A stretch of DNA of 64,000 nucleotides, taken from the IMG/VR virus record IMGVR_UViG_3300043540_000465. One strand, given 5' to 3'. Shown piece after piece: positions 58,252 to 64,000 of the stretch. Made by a program: the position numbers and the translations under genes. Position 1 is the stretch's first letter. Every line of letters starts with the position of its first letter. Source of the DNA: an uncultured virus (IMG/VR IMGVR_UViG_3300043540_000465). Lineage: Duplodnaviria > Heunggongvirae > Uroviricota > Caudoviricetes. A model generated the notes under the pieces. The model was not told where the DNA came from, ran no database searches, and was given only the letters and a program-made list of their open reading frames with translations.

Positions 58252-58800
58252 ATGCACTCAGTAGCTGCCAAACAACGATGGCAGCGCGTCCGCCGCGCCC
58301 GGCGCAAGCACAACTTTGCGCGCAAGATGGAGGCTGCGCAGGCGCGCAACCGCGCGCGCACGGCACTGGAGACACAGGGCTACACCGCCGTCGACTTCGA
58401 CTGGCTGGGTACCTACAATCCCCGCTGGGCACGCATCCGCTACTTCATCCTCAAGCGCGATCGCGGCGAATGTCAGAGCTGCACGGCCCACGCGTGCGGC
58501 GCCAAGTTCCCCATGCATTGCCATCACATCGTGCCCCGCCGCTATCCCGGCGGCACCGAGCGGGCTGACAACCTCATCACCCTATGCCCCAAATGTCACA
58601 AGCTGGTCGACGTCGCCATCTGGGACATCATCGAACGCCAGCATAGCCGGCGCACGCTAACCCCCGCGAAAATTCAGCAGCTGTGCCAAGACGTACTGCT
58701 CCGCGTAGCTAGCGCCCACTGCAGCCCCTATCTCGATACCATCGCCCGCTTGTGTCACCGCGATCGGGGCCAACCTCAAGCCACGGTCGCGCTGTACTAG
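58252..58800 (+). CDS. HNH endonuclease
   Basis: W..IR..ILKRD..CQSC...HHIVP....GG.....NLITLCPKCH. Confidence 0.88.
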   Translation: MHSVAAKQRWQRVRRARRKHNFARKMEAAQARNRARTALETQGYTAVDFDWLGTYNPRWARIRYFILKRDRGECQSCTAHACGAKFPMHCHHIVPRRYPGGTERADNLITLCPKCHKLVDVAIWDIIERQHSRRTLTPAKIQQLCQDVLLRVASAHCSPYLDTIARLCHRDRGQPQATVALY

Positions 58801-58851
58801 TCTCGTTTTTGCGACGGTGCAGCGTATCTTTATACACAGCGCGGCACTCCC

Positions 58852-60885
58852 ATGACCACGGCTTTGCGTACTGCCCAACCACCCGTAGTGGATCTGCGCA
58901 TCATGCGCGAGGATCCCAAGACCACGGTCTATCGCGTGGTCGTGTTCGATACCGCGCCGCTGGCGGCGTGCGTGGTAACCTGCACGCGCGAACCCACCGG
59001 TGAGGTATGGCACGGCTCATGTGCGCAGTGGCAGGCGCAGTTCACCTGCCCGCACATCGCCATGGCGCAGGCGTGGGAACAGCAGGGCCGCCAGCCGCAG
59101 CAGGCCCCCGATTCGTTGCTGACGCAGCTGCAGCAACTGCGGCAGCAAGTGAAGCAGGACGGGCCGCCCAAGCATCCCAAGCCGACGCCACGACGCTGGC
59201 GACCTACCATCGAGCACGTGACCCCCGGCCCGGCCTTGCAGGTGTTGGATCAGACGCCGCGGCAAGCACAGGGGACCGAAGAGGTCAAGACGCAAGTGCT
59301 GCAAGCTCGCCCGCGGCGGCAGCAGCAAGCGCAGGAGAAGTGGCGGCAGTTCAACGAGCAGACCGCCACCAAGTACAAGGTGGAGACGCCGGGCCACCAC
59401 TGCCCGGCAGGCTGGCACACGGGAGATGACGGCAAGTGCCATCCGGCCGATGCGACGCAGCAACAGCACGCGCGCCAGGAGTACGACGCCCATCCCGACA
59501 ACATCACCAAGTACCATGAGCATCTGCTGGCGCAGTTGAGCGGCGGGGCGATCAGTGACAGTAAGCGGCTCGATCCCGACAAGTCGGGCGTCAACCAAAC
59601 CCACATCATCACGCTCAAGGACGATGGTCAGGGCATCTACAAGCCGGCGGCCGGCGCCGGGTTGGAAATGGGTGCGGAGAACGAGCGGCTGCTAGCGGCG
59701 CTGCCGCCGGCTGAGCGCTTCACCTACGATCACCTGCTACGCAACCAGCACCGCCGCGAAGCCCTGTTCTACGATCTGGAGCGGCGGTTCATGGCTACGC
59801 ACCTAACGCCGCCGACGACTCTACGACATGACAGCAGTGGAGGCGAAGGCAGCGTTCAGCACATGGTGACCGATGCACGAACGCTACACGAGATCCCCAA
59901 GGACGAGCGCCGGCAGCTGGTAGAGACCGACCCCTGTCTCAAGCGGTCACTGCAAGATCTGCTGGCAGTGGACTTGTTCCAAGGTAGTGCCGATCGCCGC
60001 ACCCCCAACGTTATGGTGCGGCAGACCCGTCCGGGCTGCCATCAGGTGGTGGCCATCGACAACGGTATTAGCGGGCAGCCACCCACGCTAGGCGGCGGCG
60101 CCCAGGATAAGCACGTGGCCCTGGACCTGGGAGTGAACCAGCTGCGCCCCGAGCATGTGGCGACGCTACAGAAAGTGGTAGACGGTGGCATGGCGCCGTT
60201 GATCCACCGTGCGATCGCCCACGGCCTGCACCCCAACGAGGGGCGGCAACGCTATCTCAATGCGCTGTTTGTCACGCGCAAACTCAAGACCGAGCCCATC
60301 ACGGATCACGACGACTTGGCCGACAAGTACATCGACTTCCTGCTGGAGGCGGCGCAGGACAAGTCGCTGCCGTACGACGTGCGCGAGACGGTACACGCTG
60401 CCATCGAGCAGAAGCTATTGCCATACGACGAGGATGAGCGTACCAAAGGCATCGCCAAGTTCACGCCCCAGCCGAAACGTACTCCGGCGAAGGAGACCGG
60501 TTCCGCGGCGACCGCGCCCACGCAACTTAAGTCGCTGCGGGCGGTGGCCGCAGCGCCCATCACTGTCGCGGTCATGAAGCTGGGGCAGGATAAGCCGCTG
60601 GCTACATTCACGTTGAGTGGCACACGGTTGACGGTAGACAACGCGCTGTTCTATGCCGACCTGCGACGTCTGCCGTACCACTTTGGCGGCCCCGCCAAGC
60701 TGCTGGCGCTGGTGCAGCAATACGCTACGGCCGCGTACCTGCACCTGCGGTTCGTCAACGGATCGTTGGACGAATTGGTAGCGCAGGTGCCAAAGACCGA
60801 AGTGCAGCTACCGGCGCCGGTGGTCGCACAGCGAGAGTTCGCGGCGAAGCTGCAGGCCCGCCGCGCCGCGGCTAAGAGGAACTAG
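58852..60885 (+). CDS. SWIM-like zinc finger plus PI3/4-kinase-like (HipA-like) domain protein
   Basis: GSC...TCPH; GVNQT...GIYKP, RREAL, TPPT, GSVQ, D.FQGSADRRTPNVM, VAIDNG. Confidence 0.7.
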   Translation: MTTALRTAQPPVVDLRIMREDPKTTVYRVVVFDTAPLAACVVTCTREPTGEVWHGSCAQWQAQFTCPHIAMAQAWEQQGRQPQQAPDSLLTQLQQLRQQVKQDGPPKHPKPTPRRWRPTIEHVTPGPALQVLDQTPRQAQGTEEVKTQVLQARPRRQQQAQEKWRQFNEQTATKYKVETPGHHCPAGWHTGDDGKCHPADATQQQHARQEYDAHPDNITKYHEHLLAQLSGGAISDSKRLDPDKSGVNQTHIITLKDDGQGIYKPAAGAGLEMGAENERLLAALPPAERFTYDHLLRNQHRREALFYDLERRFMATHLTPPTTLRHDSSGGEGSVQHMVTDARTLHEIPKDERRQLVETDPCLKRSLQDLLAVDLFQGSADRRTPNVMVRQTRPGCHQVVAIDNGISGQPPTLGGGAQDKHVALDLGVNQLRPEHVATLQKVVDGGMAPLIHRAIAHGLHPNEGRQRYLNALFVTRKLKTEPITDHDDLADKYIDFLLEAAQDKSLPYDVRETVHAAIEQKLLPYDEDERTKGIAKFTPQPKRTPAKETGSAATAPTQLKSLRAVAAAPITVAVMKLGQDKPLATFTLSGTRLTVDNALFYADLRRLPYHFGGPAKLLALVQQYATAAYLHLRFVNGSLDELVAQVPKTEVQLPAPVVAQREFAAKLQARRAAAKRN

Positions 60886-60887
60886 CC

Positions 60888-62423
60888 ATGCACCAACGGG
60901 TGGCCATCCTGGTACAGCGTACGCACCCCAAGTCCGGCAAGAAGCGCTGGGCGCTGGTGTCGCGCAAGAAGGTCAAGGGCAAGCGGCGGGTGCTGCGGTG
61001 GTTCAAGGGCAAGCCCAGTACCGAGCGAGTCAAGAAAGAGGAGGCTCGAGTGCAGTTCTTCAAGCGCAAAGGTAGCCTGGCCGCGTGGTGCCGTGCGCGT
61101 ACCGGCAGCTACTTCGCCAGCCACAAGGTACTGCGGCGCCTAACGCCTGTGATCGACGACGTGCTGCTTACCAAGGTGGCCATGAAGTTTGGCAAGGACC
61201 ACAAGGCGGTCACGGCCATCTTCGACAAGCTACGACAGGCGCATCGGGAAGGGCGCCTATCGGATCACGACATGACCCTGACCCGGAGCATGATCCGCTA
61301 CCTGCAGCGGCATCAACACCTGACCAACCGGCAGATCGACTACCTGGAGAACCTGCACCATAACGCCGCCCGCCGCCCGTTGGGGAAGCCGCCGAAGGAG
61401 GACTTCCCCTCACTAGATGCCGACGTCAGCGAGCCCAAGCCGAAGAAGCCACCCAAGGGCAAGAAGAAGCCTGAGCCGCCAAAGCCCAAGGGCAAGAAGA
61501 AGCCTGAGCCGCCAAAGCCCAAGGGCAAGAAGAAGCCTGAGCCGCCAAAGCCCAAGGGCAAGAAGAAGCCTGAGCCGCCAAAGCCCAAGGGCAAGAAGGA
61601 ACCACCCAAGGGTAAGCAGGAGAAGGGCGAGGATCCTTACGGCGGTACGGGGTGGACACCCGAGGAGCCCGACCTGACTGAGTTCGGTGAGGATGACGAG
61701 GACGAGACGCCGCGCAAGAAGAAGGAACCGGCGCCGAAGAAGGAGAATCTCGATCCAGCGCTGCATGAGCACCTGTTGGAGTTCGGTGAGAGCGATGACG
61801 ATGAGGACGAGGACGAGGCGCCGCGCAAGCCGAAGAAGAAGGAGCCGGCACCGGTCGATCCTGATCTCATGGAGTTTGGCGAAGACGACGATGAGGCTCC
61901 GCGCAAGCCGAAGAAGAAGGAGCCGGCACCGGTCGATCCTGATCTCATGGAGTTTGGCGAAGACGACGATGAGGCTCCGCGCAAGCCGAAGAAGAAGGAC
62001 AAGAAGAAGCCGCGGGTGGAGCCGCTGGATATGACCGAGTTCGGCGGGGACGAAGATGATGCGCCGCCGCGCAAGCACAAGGACCACAAGAAGCCCAAGG
62101 TCCAGCCGGTGGTGAAGCCCAAGGTCAAGGTCAAGGTGCCCAAGCCGCCTAAGCCAGAACCGAAGCGACCCGACAAGGGTAAGGCGAGGGGCCAAGGCGT
62201 CGCCCCGCCAGGCACGGCCGAGTGGTTCCGCGCGGTGCGCAACAAGGACAAGAAGATCGTGTGGGTGAACCGTAAGCGGTTCATGGCCCACCCTGGCAAG
62301 TACTCGATCATGAAGAAGTACGTGCCGCGGTCGATCAGCCACCCGGGGGTGCCGCGCAAGCCTGACAAGCACAAGGCGAAGAAGGTAAAGACCATCACGT
62401 GGGCCAAGCCCAAGCGGCGGTAG
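60888..62423 (+). CDS. Highly charged Lys/Pro- and Asp/Glu-rich repetitive protein
   Basis: 511 aa ORF containing two tandem arrays. Confidence 0.8.
   Translation: MHQRVAILVQRTHPKSGKKRWALVSRKKVKGKRRVLRWFKGKPSTERVKKEEARVQFFKRKGSLAAWCRARTGSYFASHKVLRRLTPVIDDVLLTKVAMKFGKDHKAVTAIFDKLRQAHREGRLSDHDMTLTRSMIRYLQRHQHLTNRQIDYLENLHHNAARRPLGKPPKEDFPSLDADVSEPKPKKPPKGKKKPEPPKPKGKKKPEPPKPKGKKKPEPPKPKGKKKPEPPKPKGKKEPPKGKQEKGEDPYGGTGWTPEEPDLTEFGEDDEDETPRKKKEPAPKKENLDPALHEHLLEFGESDDDEDEDEAPRKPKKKEPAPVDPDLMEFGEDDDEAPRKPKKKEPAPVDPDLMEFGEDDDEAPRKPKKKDKKKPRVEPLDMTEFGGDEDDAPPRKHKDHKKPKVQPVVKPKVKVKVPKPPKPEPKRPDKGKARGQGVAPPGTAEWFRAVRNKDKKIVWVNRKRFMAHPGKYSIMKKYVPRSISHPGVPRKPDKHKAKKVKTITWAKPKRR
61452..61598 (+). repeat. 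33 bp tandem repeat, about 4.5 copies (PKGKKKPEPPK)
   Basis: cccaagggcaagaagaagcctgagccgccaaag at 61452, 61485, 61518, 61551 and partial at 61584. Confidence 0.95.
61821..61999 (+). repeat. 78 bp tandem repeat, about 2.3 copies (PRKPKKKEPAPVDPDLMEFGEDDDEA)
   Basis: Units start at 61821, 61899 and 61977. Confidence 0.95.
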
Positions 62424-62434
62424 GAGGACGGATC

Positions 62435-62680
62435 ATGACAACGGTTCCGAAGAAGATCAAGTACCGCGGGCAGGTGTACGTACTGAAGACGGCCACGACC
62501 AAGGCCGCCGCGTGGGAGAACCTGCCTAAAGGCTGGGACAAGAAAAGTCTCAAGAGCATGTGGCGGTCGCTCACCGGCAGCCGTAAGCATAAGATCACTG
62601 CATGTGCTAAAAAGATGGACGGTAAGGTATCAGATGCCTACGCATTCTGTGCCTCGCTGGCCAGAAAGGTTGATGAGTAG
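62435..62680 (+). CDS. Leader-bearing small basic protein (MTTVPKKIKYRGQVYVLKTA)
   Basis: AGGAGG RBS before ATG 62435. Confidence 0.8.
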   Translation: MTTVPKKIKYRGQVYVLKTATTKAAAWENLPKGWDKKSLKSMWRSLTGSRKHKITACAKKMDGKVSDAYAFCASLARKVDE

Positions 62681-62727
62681 CGGGGGCGCCGCGCCATGGC
62701 CTCAAGGTTCGCCGCCGCGCGGTATCC

Positions 62728-63318
62728 ATGTACCGCAGCGGATGCTCAATCCGAGAGACAGCTGCTAGTCTTGAGCTACCAGCAGGTACCGTTCAGTACA
62801 TGCTACGGGGCATTAAGCTACGACCACGCGCAGAGGCACTAACTGGTCGCAAGCTATCACCTGCGCATATCGAGAAGATCCGTGTTCTGAAGACCGGATT
62901 AGTGCAGTCAGCTGCGACGCGGAGAAAGCGAAGTTTGGCACTCAGGGGTCGGGTCAAGCCTGTTGCCTTCGTCCGACACATGAGTGAAACGCGGCGAGGG
63001 AAAAGCAATCCCAACTACCGTCACGATCTGAGCGCTCGCGATCGTGCACACCTGCGAGTACGAGGATATACCCCAGGCTATAACAACTGGAGCAGAGCCG
63101 TTCGAGCTAGAGACCACGATATCTGTGTTGTGTGTGATGGGCCAGGAGAACTAGCTCATCACCTGAATGGGTATCGCAGCTTTCCTGAGCAGCGAGCTGA
63201 TCTAGATAACGGCGTCACGCTGTGCTCAAACTGCCATACCGCGTTCCATCGACGCTACGGACGTCTGCTTGTAACAAAACAGCAATTCACTGAGTTTCTG
63301 CGACGCAAGATGGGCTAG
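62728..63318 (+). CDS. Free-standing HNH homing endonuclease with HTH and NUMOD3-like repeats
   Basis: SIRETAASL HTH; GRKLSPAHIEKI and KRSLALRG repeats; GKSNPNY; CVVC...AHHLN...LDNGVTLCSNCH; codon usage differs from flanking genes. Confidence 0.85.
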   Translation: MYRSGCSIRETAASLELPAGTVQYMLRGIKLRPRAEALTGRKLSPAHIEKIRVLKTGLVQSAATRRKRSLALRGRVKPVAFVRHMSETRRGKSNPNYRHDLSARDRAHLRVRGYTPGYNNWSRAVRARDHDICVVCDGPGELAHHLNGYRSFPEQRADLDNGVTLCSNCHTAFHRRYGRLLVTKQQFTEFLRRKMG

Positions 63319-63327
63319 GAGCTGACC

Positions 63328-63946
63328 ATGACGCAGCCGCTGCTAGTGCACTTCAACGGACGGCGGTACCTCCGCGCAGGGGTCACCAAGCTCGCCGCCG
63401 CCGTGAACCTCGCGGTCTACGACCCCACACACGAAGTCGAGGCGCAGAAGTGGGTCGCCGATCAGCTACGCAAAAAGCGGCGCGTGTGGCGCGACCTCGC
63501 CGAGCAGATGGACTTCGTGCTGTTCTCGTCGGACATTCCCGACGCGCAGAAGGCGGTGTTCGCCATCCGGCAGAAGTTTGACAAGATGTTCGATACGCCG
63601 GTGAAGCTGATCGAACTGGTCGAGGCCGAGCAGCTGCAGACCAAGCCGGTCGCGCCAGTCACCGACCGGTCCACAACCCCGGCCACGCCGCGCAGCCAAG
63701 CAGCTGACAGCGCCACCGCCAGAGTTGAAGCAGGAGGTCGACGCGCCGCTGCAACCTCGTCCGCACGAGACTGCATCCGAGTACTACAAGCGACTGCGCG
63801 CAGGAGTAGAGCGCGAGATGCAGAAGCTCCACCAGCTGATCCAACGCTACTACACGGAACAGGCTAGAAACCCGAAGGACTGGGGCTACGTGGGTGACCT
63901 GGGATACATCTACAGGAAGCTGCGTGAGATGAACCCAGAGGAGTAA
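63328..63946 (+). pseudogene. Leader-bearing gene (MTQPLLVHFNGRRYLRA), probably frameshifted into 63725..63946
   Basis: The first frame becomes low-complexity after ~63680, while frame 63725 is protein-like (...DWGYVGDLGYI...). Confidence 0.55.
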
Positions 63947-64000
63947 TCCGTGAGGCTGGCTCTACAAAACCCGCGCCGACTTCGAACGGGGCCTGAAGAA

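Larger units (their letters stand above)
4114..58831 (+). promoter_or_regulatory. Dispersed intergenic motif TATCTTT, candidate late-promoter element
   Basis: Copies at 4114, 5097, 10776, 14902, 15527, 31454, 39706, 44335, 44703, 45866, 48013 and 58825; variant at 50996. Confidence 0.6.

Noticed and set aside
61452..61999. Tandem repeats as a possible CRISPR array
   Set aside because: No unique spacers; unit lengths are multiples of 3 and lie in frame within a CDS.
62681..63318. HNH gene as part of a second intron
   Set aside because: No group I or group II core elements in the flanks, and the flanking genes have their own start and stop signals.
1..64000. Stop-codon reassignment as the explanation for broken small ORFs
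   Set aside because: Core genes end cleanly at TAG, TGA and TAA, and most breaks are frame changes rather than in-frame stops.
1..64000. tRNA or rRNA genes
   Set aside because: No cloverleaf or T-loop signature found by eye; tRNAscan-SE was not run.

Overview
This 64 kb window is the virion-morphogenesis region of a large, high-GC tailed phage (myovirus-like). Essentially all credible genes are on the + strand. Recognisable genes, in order: tail completion-like protein, tail sheath, tail tube, putative tail/baseplate proteins, large terminase, portal, thermonuclease, prohead protease, scaffold-like protein, head decoration-like protein, major capsid protein (MCP), SNF2-like ATPase, PI3/4-kinase-like protein and two HNH nucleases. 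Four things stand out. (1) A group I intron at the end of the MCP gene carries its own recoded copy of the last 15 MCP codons, so spliced and unspliced RNA both encode a full-length capsid protein with slightly different C-termini. (2) About 20 otherwise unrelated small or medium ORFs share an N-terminal leader, P-x-x-I-x-Y-x-G-x-x-Y-x-x-A. I infer this is a capsid-targeting and protease-cleavage tag for a fast-turning-over set of virion cargo proteins, many of which are now frameshifted. (3) Nine LAGLIDADG-type inteins sit in three head-assembly genes (4 in terminase, 2 in portal, 3 in protease), including a paralogous pair in two unrelated host proteins. (4) A recurrent intergenic TATCTTT motif is a candidate late promoter. 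All calls come from reading motifs by eye. No database searches or folding computations were run.
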